Positions 8,328-22,150 of a stretch of 43,586 nt of DNA are shown here, one piece after another. The position numbers and the translations under genes were made by a program. The notes beneath the pieces are model-generated. The model searched no databases. It was not told where the DNA came from and saw nothing but the letters and a program-made list of their open reading frames with translations. This DNA is from Guillardia theta CCMP2712 (taxonomy: Eukaryota > Protista > Cryptophyta): assembly GCF_000315625.1 (NCBI RefSeq), contig NW_005434430.1:1-43586 (forward strand). The letters run 5' to 3'. Positions within the stretch are counted from its first letter, which is position 1; each line of letters begins with the position of its first letter.

Positions 8328-10614
8328 ATATAGCCAGAATACAACTCGATATCTGCTGAGACATCAGTGACGAGTACAAGCGCTCACATTGCATCTCGCG
8401 TTCATAGAAGCAGCCTGCTCTGTAGACATCTGTGAGCACGTAACAAGAAAGAGTATGGGTGAAAGAGCTGGGCAGCAGCTTGTCCTGCTGGAATGCCACA
8501 CCTGTGCTGATTGTGTGTTTGTTGAGTTGCACTATGACAGTAGATCTCAAGTCACAATTGGTTCCAATACACGACACTAGGTTAGATCTCAGCAAGAGGC
8601 ACAGGTTCGAAGGTGGCGTACACGATGTAGCTGCCCGTTCACATGTTGCAACAGGTTGACGCTGACGGCGAGGTCCGCGACATCTGTGAACAGGTGCTCC
8701 GTATAATGTCATAAGACATGTTGCGGGCTAATGACCAGCTAACTCGGAGCATCCACGTTTTGTTTCTGAGTATCACATATGCTCAAGTCAAGCAATCGCA
8801 GAGAGATCAAACAGTTGTGTGCATGCAGCGAGCACCTCTATGCCAGCTCAAGACGGTCAAGGTTAAGGCTGTCACGGGCTGATGAAGAAGTTTATCACAG
8901 GCGAGATGATGAGGCTATTGGAGCCGCGATGTGCTCTACATGGCTAGATAAACTGATCCAGCGCAATCAAATCTTGAGCCGGCCCGCACGCCTCGAGTCT
9001 GTCGGGGTAGCTGGTGGCATACACGAGAACAGATGGACTCGGAAGGTGCTGCCTCTCGCTGCTCTCAGCTCAGCCTTGCCCACTCACTGGATCGGATCGA
9101 ATGGCGGCAGCGCAAGAAGCCTTGTCCTCGCACCCTCGTCAGGCTCTGAGGACCCTCACCTCCCCGGCTGCAATTTTCCTTGGAACTACAAAACACGACG
9201 TGCGGTGATTTATGCTGGGCAGAGGGGTTTGACAGGTCGAGGCGGAGGAGAGTCGGGAAGTACTCGGGCTGCGGTAGCTGGCCGTTAGTGCTGCATTGTG
9301 TCTTTTGCTTGTGCGTGAGTAGCTTGTGGTCCGTCGTTACAGTCGAGTATTACAAGGCCAAGAGAAGTGGTATCACCCCCCCCCTGTCTGAATAGCAGCT
9401 GATGTCAGAGAGTACACACCGTCAAGTAGTTTCTTTGTACCCCGCATTTTGCTTTGGCTATTGCATTTGAAAGATATGATGTTGTATGTTTCTCACATAT
9501 AAACACCGCGCAGTAAGATTGTGACACGTGTTCAAGAGATGGATCCAGTACAAGAAAGCCTTTGTACACTCGCGCAACAACAACAACACAGAGTGCTAAA
9601 TCGAATGTCGTTCTCCCCCAATGTGGATTTTGCATAGAGAGAGTTGCACTTTTTGTTTCATGTTTCTGTTTTATACATAACTGCCTGTCATCTGACACCC
9701 TTTCTCAAAGTCATCGTTGATTGGGTTTACAAGTTTGACTGGCGTTTGGAAAGCTGAGAATGTCGAGAGCTGAAAATCTTCGTTACGGTTCAATTTTGAT
9801 GCCTTGCGGTTTATCTGGTCCCAAGTGGATTGTTAAATTGTTTCGCATTCGCCGGAGATTCGCTTGCTTCCTTGCAAGTTCTGCTTATCCTTCTCGCCAC
9901 TTTGCCGTTCCATCTCTTACCTCCATCTTATCCTGGATGGGCGTTGTTGTCTACGTGTCTCCTACTTGGCGGCTAAGAAGTTCCTACTGCTCAGTCATGG
10001 GAGGCTACCTGAGTTAGTTTCCTTTCCCAGTTGAACTGAATCTGACCCGAGCAGTCGGAAATTCGGCTCATGCTCAAGTCGGCTCATGATTCCAGGCCGT
10101 CCTTCAATTCAATCGTGCCGCCATGCGGATAGTGTCAGCCAGAGGGCAGTAAGAGCGAGCCCAACCCGTACTGTGGACACTAGGCGTCGATTTTCCGATC
10201 AGCTTCGTGCAAATGATGCAAAACAACTCCTACGAATCCCTATTGGCAAGATCAAGCCTATTCAAGCAGTTGAGGTGCTTATTGGATTATCCTTTACGGG
10301 CCGTGCACTAAAGAGGATTCCAAACCAGTTTTCAAATAATACCAGAAAGCGAAGATTTTCCGTTCAGAAACATCATCATCATTCCATCAACAAAGCGTTT
10401 CATCGCACCCATACAATTCACAACAATGCATTCTATGAAAGCGGCGATCAGGTGATTTCACACTTATTATTATCGGTACATTAACTCTTCAAAGCAAATC
10501 TGCACAGAATCATGTTGCGAGGTTGGTCAACACCTTTGAAAGGTTCCGTTGAGACATGAGCGAGAGAGTCAAGCCAGGGCCTTTGACCAGTCCAGTATAA
10601 TGTACGCCTGCTTA

Positions 10615-11088
10615 TTAGATGAGAAGCTTCTCGATCTGATCTTTGAGCGTCTGGATCTGACCCTTGAGCTGAACATAACCACAGTTACAAGCATGTCGAC
10701 ACTCAAGCAAGTCACACCTGTGAACCCTCGTTGGTGGTGACAGAGGCTGCAATCACAGGACGAGACACCCCGCAAGCGCGACCAAGAGCTTGCTTAGAGG
10801 GAACAAACACGTAGGGTACGTTCTTGTCCTGCCATCGATTTAGACTTACCAAAGAACAAAGTCAAGCATTCTCACCTCGCAAAGTAGGGGAAGATGGAGA
10901 AGAATCTCAAGGGGCTCAGTGTCAGCAGCCATGACGATGAACTCTGAGATGCCTCTGTTGAGAGTCTTGGTGGCCTCGTTCGCTCCCTTCTTGAGCTGCT
11001 TGTAATTGCTTGCTTGCTGCACAAGCTCCAGAATGGTAACAGAAAGGTCTGGAGGAGCAAGGGGGAAAGCCTTGGGATTGACTTCACT
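10615..11088 (-). CDS. SNU13: Snu13/NHP2L1 (15.5K) U4 and box C/D RNA-binding protein, spliced; start exon lies upstream and is not resolved
   Basis: Exons translate [71 protein letters not shown] / [37 protein letters not shown] / [17 protein letters not shown], joined by short GT-AG introns. Confidence 0.95.
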
Positions 11089-11710
11089 CTAACATTCAGT
11101 GTTAGTGTCAAGATACGCGAGTGACACACAGCACATGCGTGAGGGATACATAGAGTCCATGTGAGGGGTACATAGACTCGCCACATGCAAGGGATCTGGA
11201 GAATGTTCGTGTGTTCACAGGCGAATAAAAGCAAGCAATCAAGATCAAAATGCAAGGTAACAAAGTAGAGACAGCAAGAATGACATGGATGTCATCAACA
11301 CCAATGGCCCCCACAGATATGATGCAAGGTCCACGTGAAAGTGATTACCATGGTGATGGTAGATTATTGGAACGGAGGTTATGGAACTCGATGCGTAGAA
11401 ATGAGCAAGAAAGGCCGCAGCTTCACCGACAGGTAAGCCTCGGCTGCGACCAGGAGACAGGAAGTGGAAGTGACGAGGGAGCGACCGCGGGGGCTGCTGA
11501 TGGAGGGAGGAGGAGGAGGGCTTCAAGCGACAGGGCACGAGGAAGAGGATCTCAGGGGCACGTGCAGAAAAGCCTATGAACTAAAATTATCAAAACTAAA
11601 GACAATCTAAACCTACAATCTGAACTAAACTGAAAAAATTGTGAGTGGGGATGAGGGCAGCGACTCTTCGATCCATTGGTAAAATATAAAAAATGGAAGG
11701 AGAGGCGAGT

Positions 11711-11812
11711 GGAGGGATAATGGTTGTAAGAGTTTCTGTGATGGAGGGATAATGGTTGTAAGAGTTTCTGTGATAGAGGGATAATGGTTGTAAGAGTTTC
11801 TGTGATGGAGGG
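11711..11812. repeat. 32-bp tandem repeat x3
   Basis: GGAGGGATAATGGTTGTAAGAGTTTCTGTGAT repeated. Confidence 0.9.
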
Positions 11813-12187
11813 AGCAAGGTTGATGGAAGACGCATTGTTCGACCAGTGAGAGCAAGGGAGGGGGAGCCCAACGAAACGACAAAGCAAACAAACTGATACT
11901 CATTGTATACAGAAACACATTTGGAGGGTTCTGAGCGTGGGGAGTGTCATGTTGCGGGCGAACAGCATGCCCTTGAGATCAAAAGTTGCAGCCTCTATCC
12001 TTTCGGTAACAACAACAGCAACAGCTTTAGGGAGGTAGTGAACTTTGTGCAGATCATCGCACTGGTCTCATGGGTGGGAATTCTCTATGGAAACCCAGGT
12101 GAGACCACGTGCCTTTCTTGTCTTCATCGCTTTTCTTGTCTTCATCGTCTGTCCTATCTTCATCACTCCAACTCCCCCCCCCTGCAG

Positions 12188-12912
12188 GTCGCCCGGAAGC
12201 TGTGGTAGACCTAGAGACGGGGGATGCATTCCTAGACATGATGGACAAGAACTTTGACGATGACGACAAGGTAGACTGAGCATGACTCGCAACCTCGTTG
12301 ACAAGACATTAGAAGGTTCAGCTCAAGGCATCGAAAGTGAAGGCGAACCACGTGAGCCAGCAATGGATAACTGAAACTTTGGCTGACATCAGAAACACAG
12401 CAACAGCTTAGCTGGCAGCACACCCCTGAATCAGCGACATGGCCGTCAGAGAAGAATCCTCTCAAGGACTGGGACGAAGACTTCGAGGGAGTAGAGGTGT
12501 TTCCTGCCCCCTTCCTTCCCCAACTCTAAAATGATATCGACCTAAACCTTAAGTGTTCCTCTCTTGCCTCTCCGCCATTTTCCATCTGCTAATTCTCACC
12601 CGTCTCCCTCACTTCCTACTTTCCTCACAGGCTGGTTTCCCGACGACGACAGGAAGCGCTGATTGGCCCTTCACCAAGAACCCTCTCCTCGGGTTCGATG
12701 CTGAGTTCGGGGCCGAGCACAAGGCGAACCCCTGGAAGGGCTGGCAGGTAACCCTCCTCTTGTTCCCTCCTTCCCTCCCTCACCCCCACCCCTCATCCTG
12801 TTGTTCCCTCTCCTCTCCCTCTTCTCCATCTTCCCTTCCCTCTCTCCTACTGACTTGACGTGCAGGGACCAGAAACAACGTGTATGCTAACCTGCCTGCT
12901 CAGTATCCGTAA
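12188..12912 (+). CDS. Hypothetical spliced protein (3' exons; 5' part probably further upstream)
   Basis: Exon-like blocks with pyrimidine-tract/CAG acceptors and GT donors, e.g. AGFPTTTGSADWPFTKNPLLGFDAEFGAEHKANPWKGWQ / GTRNNVYANLPAQYP*. Confidence 0.45.
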
Positions 12913-13261
12913 GCCTCTACTACTTGGCTGAGAGGATTCTCCTCATGCTCGTTTCTCTAATGTCTCGTGCAGGTTTCTCGAGACCAAACTTTTAGGATCA
13001 AGTCCAAACTACCCGGTGAGCTCTGGCATGCCGAATGTCCATGCAGCGACGATGTTGATACGCTCGCCTCAGGACTGGCAGAATTCAGGAGGGTTGAAGG
13101 AGAACAATGTGTTTGATAGCTATACAACAGAGGGAACAGCGACTGGATGGCCGTCCTATTAAGATTGGGAGCAGCGCTAACAGTTTCTGGCAATCTTGTT
13201 CTTGGCAACATGGCTGCTTGCTAGACAATCTCGTTTTAACAAATTCTTGCCTGCCATCGCT

Positions 13262-13836
13262 CCAAGACTTTCTTCTGGCAGAAATATTCCGATCGTTGAC
13301 TCCGAGGGATTTTATTTGCCTCCATCATTGTATTAAAGCATGAATCTGTTATGCAGAGATTGACTCATTTCCCTTGTAAAGCATGAATCTGTGACCTCAC
13401 ACGAGCTGACCCTGACCCCTCAGCTCGCCTGCTGTGATTCCTCACTGAATGTCTGGTGCGTGCAAACTCCGCAGCAAATGGCAGCTGGAAGGACTCAGAC
13501 TTGTCAGCACAGCAAGACAGACTCACCAAGCACGATGGCGAAGATGCTGGCAGCTACGAAGATGATGCCGCCCGTTTCGTTCTGCGACGCGCACGTCCAG
13601 TGGGTGTGGCCCTTCACCATGCAGCTGCCGTACGTCATTGCGCAGAATCGTTGGGAAGAGCTCACGAGATCCCGAAGGCGAGCAAGACGACACTCCCAGC
13701 ACCCGAGGACAAGCAGCAGATGAGCGCTGAACAATGTCAGCGAGGGAGGAGGCAAGGAGAATCAGATCACAGCAGTAGTAAGACTTGGAGTGTGGTCTCT
13801 TTCGACGAGGCTCGAGGACAATGCTGGCAGAATTGA
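13262..13836 (+). CDS. Hypothetical spliced protein, possible F-box-like motif
   Basis: DFLLAEIFRSLTPRDFICL resembles an F-box; later coding-like blocks follow. Exon structure not resolved. Confidence 0.3.
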
Positions 13837-15247
13837 TCGAATCATCTGCTATAGCCCCGGGATTGTCTTGTTTCGCCTTCTCAGTGTCAGAGCTTGACCA
13901 CAGGAATGACAATCACCATCTTGGTGAAGATGGAATAGACGATCAATGGGAATGGAGGAAAGAGATAGAGATGACGATGATGTTGAGCAACAACTTCATA
14001 CCCTGGAAGGTACAACATCCAAGAGAATTTCACCGCCAGCATCACGTTTCTCTCTCCCTTTGTTTTTCCTGCAGAATGCTTTTTGAGTTTCCCAAGTTAG
14101 AGAAACAGTAATGCTATCTTGTACTTACTTCTTCTTGACTCGGTCCACGATCTCGATTTCTTGTTGAGGCTCAGCGGCATCGAAATCATCTTGATGAATG
14201 TTCTTCTTCTTCTTCTTCTTCTTCTTCTTCTTCTTCTTCTTCTTCTTCTCAAGATAAATACTTGTTACTGTTTGTTCGTCACCTACGTCTGATCAGCATC
14301 ATATCCTTCAGCAGCTCCCGAGCTGCAAACGACCTGATAGACCAGCAGGTCCAGCAGATCGCGCTTTTTCCTCGTCTCTGCCATCTATAGCGTCTTCCTC
14401 GCGCTGGTGCTCATCGCCTTTGACGTGCGTTCGCATGTCATGCTCGCGGATTTGCTTCCAGCTGTCCGACAAGTCGGATCGCGCGGTCTGATCGCTGTCA
14501 GAGTCGTCGCTCGGCGATGTGTAGTGACGCTGGTGGGCGACGGGGAGCTCGTCTTCGACCAGGCAGTGGATCCGCTGCTTCACCTGAGACTGGTTCTGAA
14601 TGCGAGCCTCCTGCTTCTCGACGAGGTGTCAGCAACGAGTCGACGTCAGAGTCGATGCGTGTACCTTGAAGCTGTGCTCGAATATCTGACCAGAGATGGT
14701 CGAGAAGAGCGTCGCCTCTACCTCTACCGCCTGTCTCACCACATGCGGCCTTGCACTGCCCTCGTCTTCGTCCATCTCTGGGGCAAGCACATCATCTTGG
14801 GATCGAAGCGGCGGCAGGAGAGGAGGATCGTGACTCGACGAGACTCCTAGACGCACATCCTCTTCAAGCTCAGCCTGAAATCGTTTTAAGCATGAGACGA
14901 AGCCATTTTCACTCACCGTTCTATCCGAATCGCTGTCTCCTGCATTGCTGGGATTCTCGTTGGTCTGCAGGTGAGTCAGCCCAGCAACGACGCCTATGAT
15001 GATCATCGCACAAGAGCATTCGAAGACTCTGAGACCGTCGCCTCCCTCCTCTGTTGCACATCTGCGTCGGAGCTCTCCCCATCGCTCGTCATGCCTCGCC
15101 TACTTGTCGGTTGCGCATTCAAGCGTTGAATACAACCTAGAAATGGGTTAAGAGGCTTCGATGCAAAGCCTCCCTCCTTGACTCCCTCCCTGCCTTGTTG
15201 ACCCCCTGCCTCCCTGCTTGCATTCCTCCCTGCCTCCCCCCCTCTCT

Positions 15248-15776
15248 NNNNNNNNNNNNNNNNNNNNNNNNNNNNNNNNNNNNNNNNNNNNNNNNNNNNN
15301 NNNNNNNNNNNNNNNNNNNNNNNNNNNNNNNNNNNNNNNNNNNNNNNNNNNNNNNNNNNNNNNNNNNNNNNNNNNNNNNNNNNNNNNNNNNNNNNNNNNN
15401 NNNNNNNNNNNNNNNNNNNNNNNNNNNNNNNNNNNNNNNNNNNNNNNNNNNNNNNNNNNNNNNNNNNNNNNNNNNNNNNNNNNNNNNNNNNNNNNNNNNN
15501 NNNNNNNNNNNNNNNNNNNNNNNNNNNNNNNNNNNNNNNNNNNNNNNNNNNNNNNNNNNNNNNNNNNNNNNNNNNNNNNNNNNNNNNNNNNNNNNNNNNN
15601 NNNNNNNNNNNNNNNNNNNNNNNNNNNNNNNNNNNNNNNNNNNNNNNNNNNNNNNNNNNNNNNNNNNNNNNNNNNNNNNNNNNNNNNNNNNNNNNNNNNN
15701 NNNNNNNNNNNNNNNNNNNNNNNNNNNNNNNNNNNNNNNNNNNNNNNNNNNNNNNNNNNNNNNNNNNNNNNNNNNN
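15248..15776. other. Assembly gap (529 N)
   Basis: Run of N. Confidence 1.
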
Positions 15777-16670
15777 AGGGTAGAGAATGGGAGAGCATGG
15801 AGATAACAGGATGGGAGATAAGAGAATAGAAGATAACAGGATGGGAGATAAGAGGATGGGAGATAAGAGAATAGGAAGATAAAGGATGGGAGATAAGAGG
15901 ATGGGAGATAAGAGAATAGAAGATAAGAGGATGGGAGATAGAGGATGGGAGGTAAGAGGATGGGAGATAAGAGGATGGGAGATAAGAGGATGGGAGATAA
16001 GAGGATGGGAGATAAGAGGATGGGAGACTAAGAGGATGGGAGATAAGAGAATAGAAGATAAGAGGATGGGAGATAACAGGATGGGAGATAAGAGGATGGG
16101 AGATAAGAGGATGGGAGATAGAGGATGGGAGATAAGAGGATGGGAGATAAGAGGATGGGAGATAAGAGGATGGGAGATAAGAGAATAGAAGATAAGAGGA
16201 TGGGAGATAAGAGGATGGGAGATAAGAGGATGGGAGATAAGAGAATAGAAGATAAGAGGATAGGAGATAAGAGGATGGGAGATAAGAGAATAGAAGATAA
16301 GAGGATGGGAGATAACAGGATGGGAGAATAAGAGAATAGGAAGATAAGAGGATGGGAGATAAGAGGATGGGAGATAAGAGGATGGGAGATAAGAGGATGG
16401 GAGATAAGAGAATAGAAGATAAGAGGATGGGAGATAGAGGATGGGAGATAGAGAATAGAAGATAAGAGGATGGGAGATAAGAGGATGGGAGATAAGAGGA
16501 TGGGAGATAAGAGGATGGGAGATAAGAGGATGGGAGGTAAGAGGATGGGAGGTAAGAGGATGGGAGATAAGAGGATGGGAGATAGGAGAATAGAAGATAA
16601 GAGGATGGGAGATAAGAGGATGGGAGATAGAGGATGGGAGATAGAGGATGGGAGATAGAGGATGGGATAT
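15777..16670. repeat. Purine-rich ~15-bp minisatellite (GAGGATGGGAGATAA, variant GAGAATAGAAGATAA)
   Basis: Dozens of tandem units adjoining the gap. Confidence 0.95.
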
Positions 16671-16844
16671 TGGAGAACAGATTGGACCACAGCACACCAA
16701 GTCAAAGAAGGGAGTGATGATGCTAAGCAAAATGCTGCGAAATGGCTCATGTGTGTTTGATCAAGACGACATCACGACTACAAGGATACATGACGATGCA
16801 AGGGAATCTTTACGAAGCTGTTTATGGACAAAGGAATGATACCA

Positions 16845-17792
16845 CTATGATAAAGATTTGTGCATGATAATCCACCCCTCCTTCTTCGGTCTGCGATCTT
16901 CTCCTTCATAAGGCACAACAACCTGCTCATGCTGTTTGGCATCTCTTACTACGAGAACTTCTTGTAACGCACCTTGTTGAGAACGTTGAGCTGCAACCAT
17001 GTCGGCTGCTGCCAGGTCTCTCTGTACCTGCCGTTTCATCGTGACAAGAAACGTGACAGCAGCAGGCAAGAAGGCAGACCCGAAGTTGGAGTAGATTTGA
17101 CGAACGTTGTCATTCTCCACATGCAAGAAGATCTCCGAATAGCCCCACTGCCCCATCATCTCACTTCCAACTTCTCCTCTCTTCCGCCGCCACAGCCACC
17201 CCCGCCTCCTCCTCCTCCTCCTCCTCCTCCTCCTCACCGTCTTGCACTTGTCCTCGCACCATTCCACCAACTTTCGGGCGATCCCTTCACAGCTCGTCAC
17301 CAGGCTGTCAATCAGCTGCTGTCGCCTGACCTTGTCGGCGGTATCGGGGCAGGACCGACAAGTTGAAGAGGTAAGGCTTGGGAGGCGAAGGGCGCGCAGG
17401 GTACGGCACGAGGATCAGCTCGACAGCTCCAGCGATCTCGCCGCTGTTATTGATGACAGCCTGCGCGGGTGTGAATGTGAAGAAGTAGACAGGGAGGAGG
17501 GGAGCACCTTTCCCACGGCACAGAGCTCTTGCTTCTTCGTCTTGGGATCTTTCCTCGTCACTTCGCTCAACCTCGTGTAGACCTGCCCAGCTCGTCTTCA
17601 CCTGCCGCTGGGGCTGAAGAACTTCAACCCCACCTGCTTCCGAGAGTTGACAAAGTCGTGACCGAAGAACTCCTTGCCGTCGGGGCCTCTGGGTGACAGC
17701 ATGAGGGGAACGAGCCTGCTTCGACTTGCGGACCTGAAGGGGAGGAGTGACTTGGGCAAGAAGGGAACAAGCGATCTTGGGAGGAAGCTCAT
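16845..17792 (-). CDS. GNAT-family N-acetyltransferase, spliced, possible N-terminal targeting peptide (boundaries approximate)
   Basis: EIAGAVEL...YLFNLSVLPRYRRQG / IARKLVEWCEDKCKT / WGYSEIFLHVENDN gives the acetyl-CoA motif A (V.P.YRRQGIA..L) and motif B. Confidence 0.8.
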
Positions 17793-17995
17793 CGCCGCGA
17801 GCTCGGGGGGGATCTCGGAAAGGTCACAGCATCCTGGGAGGTATGAACACACAGCAGATATGCTAGAATGATGACAGACCATAGAATGATTTCATCGAGG
17901 CGTTGACGATAGGAATGATATCCTGCGGTTACAGGTCAGGAAACAGCACAGCACAGCACAGCACAGCACAGCACAGCATATTAGCAACTCCTCCC

Positions 17996-18522
17996 TCACA
18001 CATGCAGCATCACTCGCCTTGGGTGTGGCATCAAGAATGCTAACAGAATCGGGCCGTTGGGTCTGAAAGTGACGCAAGATGTGACAACTCTGATCAAATA
18101 GTCGTGTTCGATCGTAGCAACAAGGGCAACAACCTGCATCGACAAGCCCAGGACGCGGATAGAAGTAGGGTGAGGCGCTAGGACTGGAACCCACTCAGAT
18201 TTCCTCCTGTCCATCATACATCGATGATGGAGAGAGATGACACGACTGGTGGCGGGGATGAACGTGAGATCTGAATATCCTTGCAACGATTGTTGCACCT
18301 GATCCTTCGTCAGTCTCAATTTTCCCGCTTCAATCCCTCCAGCATTCACAAAAGACAACACATGCAAGTAGGAGAGGGCCTGTGCATGGAAGACATGGGA
18401 GGACGAGACCGTCATGCATAGCATCTATTTGATGCCGCATCTGCTTATCTCTCTTTCTCCGCATCTCTGCATCGCCTGCGACTTACCAGCATTGCGGCAA
18501 TCGCGATACGCAATGCAGCCAT
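17996..18522 (-). CDS. Hypothetical protein with a hydrophobic signal-like N-terminus, spliced
   Basis: gccATGGCT start, MAALRIAIAAML followed by a GTAAGT donor, then the ORF at 17996-18424. Confidence 0.4.
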
Positions 18523-19124
18523 GGCGGATCCGAGACTGATGGCTGATCCGATGTGAGGTAGTACCACTGTAGTACCAGTGCTTTACCCCAGGGTGGAGTC
18601 TACATTGAGTGGGTAGGGTACTCGATTATCGAATTAGCTCAAAATTTTTTGTGGAAGTGGTTCAGCCAAGGCTCCGGTGACGGTGGGGTACTGTTAACAA
18701 GGGGGGTGGTGCTTTCCAAGACCCGGTAGATGTCACCATTGGAGTAGAGGTTGATAATCAGTACGGGTACTTTGAATAATGACAATGACCGGTCATAAAG
18801 ACCATCAGGTAGGCGAACGCCAAGGGTAGCATTCGGAAGACTGGGAGGTGATGGTGGTGCTGATGGATAGGGTAGGGTGGTGGGGTAATGGGATGCTTTT
18901 CACGATGCTGGGTGACGTAAGACGGGAGGGAGGAAGTGAGAGGGGGGGGATGAAGAAGCGAATGTGAGGGTAAGGAGAATGCAGAGATGACGGAATGAGA
19001 GGGGATGAAGTAGTCCAAGAAGAAGTACACTGGAGAACGAGTGAACATATCCCCACTCTCCTGAAAAGACTAATTCAGAAGTAATTATGTAGATTGAAAA
19101 GCTTATCTTGATACGAAATCCACC

Positions 19125-21500
19125 ATGGATTGAAGAAGAAGGACATGAGCAAGTGGTGGCCAGCAGGCAAGACAACAGATGAAGGTATGCATATTCGATG
19201 CTGTTCCCTTGTTTTACAGTGGCTGCAGAACAAGTCGATTTGCACAGCAAGAATGGACAAGAGTTGCTTGACCCAGTCTGCTCAGAAGAATCTGATCAAG
19301 CAAAGGAAGAATTTCAAGATAAAAAAGATGAAGTAAATGACGCTAGCTTCTCCGGTTGGTCTAAGGTAGAGGACTTGCTGCAGAAAAAGTGAGACATATT
19401 GCTTGGACTTCTGTCCCTGACACCTTGAAGCTTCTGGAAGGCTCAATCGCCACATCCTGCCGAGTGCTCGAAGGCGCTCGACGAGTTTCTTGACTCGGTC
19501 TTCGGGTCAAGCCTGGATGAAGCGACTCTGCAGGTGAAACGAACGAGCTGACGTCAGCTCTTGCAGCTGTGAATCCATGTACTGCCGGAAACACTCAGTG
19601 GATGCCCAGGCAAAGGACGCGATTCGAGCTGAAAACAAGTCGATCGACGAGCTGATAGAGCATGGCGCTACCGTTGCCGATCTGGTTAACATGGGGGTGC
19701 GTGAAGTCACCGCTTAAGTAGCTGGGAGATGCTAAGCCCCCCACAGGTTCCCTTCCCTCAGGCAAGGAAGTTCCACACAGCTCTGTGTGCGAGAAAGAGT
19801 CAAGCAGCGCGGCTCTTGGTGGTTGAAGGTCAAGAGTCAAAGCTCTCGAGGAGGTTTGAAATCTTTCTGTCCCAGAAGCGCCAGCCAGCGGTCAGATCGA
19901 TGAGCTTGTCGAGGAAAGAATTGAGTCCAGGACGATCGGCTTGGAGAAAAATCAGACATGGCGAGGAGAGAGTCCAGTAGCCAAGGGTCAAGTCAAGCCA
20001 CATGAGCCGAGTGGTGAGCAGGAGGACAGCCTCCGAGCGCCACTGCAAGAAGAACTTCTGCTGTGGATCCAACAACGAGGCCTGACCTGCGAAGCTAGCT
20101 TTTCTCATCAAGGGTGCGGACAGGAGACGCGAGAAGGGAACAAGTACCTCTGTGACTACCATGCAGATACATCGACTTTGCATGCATGGAAGAGCTGAAG
20201 GCTCAAGATATTGAAAAACTGGGAGTAGCAGAGCCGCAGGCGTCTGAGGTTGGCCATCGAGACCCGCACGTGACGGCTGATGTCGGACTGCAGTTGCACG
20301 ATGAGATCCGAAGGAGGAGGCTGGAGGATCAAAAGTTGGTCGAAGAAGCTTCGAAAGCTGTGGGATATGAAGGACAGGCTAGAGCTCGTTGCTGACTTGC
20401 TGGCAGAGAGGTTCTCGCAACGTACAGCGCGCAGTGAGCATCGCCTCTGAAGCCTGGAGGAAGAGTCTGGAGTCTTGGAGGGATCAAGGACAGGTGAGAG
20501 GAGGGGCAGGGGCATTCGAGAAGACGTTTGGAGGACTGTATCACTTAAACCTGCCGTAGCATCCAGGAGAAAATGGTAGGCCACGAGACCTCTGGAGGAG
20601 GACGATGGACTTCGCTAGCTTGGCGGGAAACGGAGCAGTAGAATCAGCTCAGGTCCTCCCCTTGTGCTCCTCTGAAGGCTTGACGTCAATCATTGACCCT
20701 GCAGATGTTCATGAAGCACATCTCCAACCAAGCTGAGGATTTTGTGTCCGCACGAACCTTCGGGTTGTCGTTTGACGATGCTCTGGTCTCCTCAGCCTTT
20801 CGGTACCAGCAAACTTACGGAGTCTGAGCTGAGCGACTTTGCAGTATCGAGGGGGTTGATGGCAGCTCCTACATCGACTGCGCTGTTGCGAAGTTTTCCT
20901 ACACACTCAGTCCGTCCATCGCCATCGGCTATGCTCTAAGATCAGGTGCCGCATGCCGCCTCGTGCTCCATCGGCTGACGGCAACGGAAGGCTGTCACCT
21001 CCATTCCTTCGACTTCCTCATCAAGGCCTTCAGCGAGTCTGGCTACCTGCGGCTCGGGGTCATGCAGGTGGACCAGAGCGAGGCGGGAGCTCCGGGGCTG
21101 AAGGGCGAGCAGGAGACAGGCTGCATCGACTTGGACTTGGACGGCGCGTTCAAGGTCGGCGACGACGAGCGGAGGTTGGCAGGCTCGCTCGCGATGCTTC
21201 TCAGCTGATCTACTGACAGCTGGGCGATCTCGTCGGGTGGAAACCTGATTCATTCCAACAGCAGCTGGGGGCCGCGGCTGAAGGCGCCTCTCAAGTCGGG
21301 GGACCGAGTGAGGGTCATCTACTACGAGCACACTGGAGGCAAGTCACGCGCTGCTTCCTCCTCCTGCCCCGTGACTGTGCGGCTGCAGAGCTTCGGTTCG
21401 GAGTCAACGGCTCGATGACAGGTGTCAAGTTCAACAAGGTCGCTGGGCCGCTCGTCCCGTGCGTGTCGGCGAGCGGGCAGACCAAGTGCGTGGTGCAGCT
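19125..21500 (+). CDS. Intron-rich hypothetical gene(s); boundaries approximate
   Basis: Many short coding-like blocks (DKELLDPVCSEESDQAKEEFQDKKDE; DAIRAENKSIDELIEHGATVADLVNMG; GCHLHSFDFLIKAFSESGYLRLGVMQVD) separated by ~45-55 nt intron-like gaps. Confidence 0.4.
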
Positions 21501-22150
21501 TGACAACTACTGGAACTATTAGGTTGACAAGTGAATAATGAGGGGCCGGCAGAAGAAGAAGCTTCCTTGCTTTCCACCACCAGACGTTGGAGAGGTCAAA
21601 CAGAAAGTCGACAGACCTCACGCCTCAGAGCTCAGAGTTTGTTCGTCTCGCCTTGGATTGCTCTCTCGTGAGCTCCTTTCATACTTCGGGTCATCGGGCT
21701 CGACGCCTGTACATCGGTTGAGCAATGCGACTGCTGGTGTTTCTGTAAAACAAATCAATCCGTGAAGGTTCGAATCATGTGCAAGCACAGAATGTGATGT
21801 TCTCTTAGCGAGAGACCATTGCATCTTGCTTTAAGCTTCCTGGTAAGATCCGTGAAGTTCGAGGTTGAAAGACATGGAGAGAGTAATGAAAGGGAAAGCC
21901 AGGACACGAGTGGGAGGCATGGAGAGGGAGGACGAGGGAACAAGATGCGGAAAGAGAGAGAAAAGAACACACTTTAGGAGATCTGGGATGAAATCAGAGA
22001 GCGAAGCCAAGTACTTCATGTCCAAGGATTTCACATGTATTTCGGAGATCTCAAGCAAACAATATAATGTACAGTACAAGGACAAATTCCCTCGAATAAA
22101 AGAATACTTCAAGACAACATCAGCGTGTCGAAAGAAGATAGATTCAGTGA

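Noticed and set aside
8330-10480. Short ORFs between the DUF1281-like gene and SNU13
   Set aside because: No recognisable motifs or consistent exon chain; a gene cannot be supported, though one is not excluded.
15003-16750. Long ORFs spanning the N gap and 15-bp repeat
   Set aside because: Artefacts of Ns and a stop-poor minisatellite.
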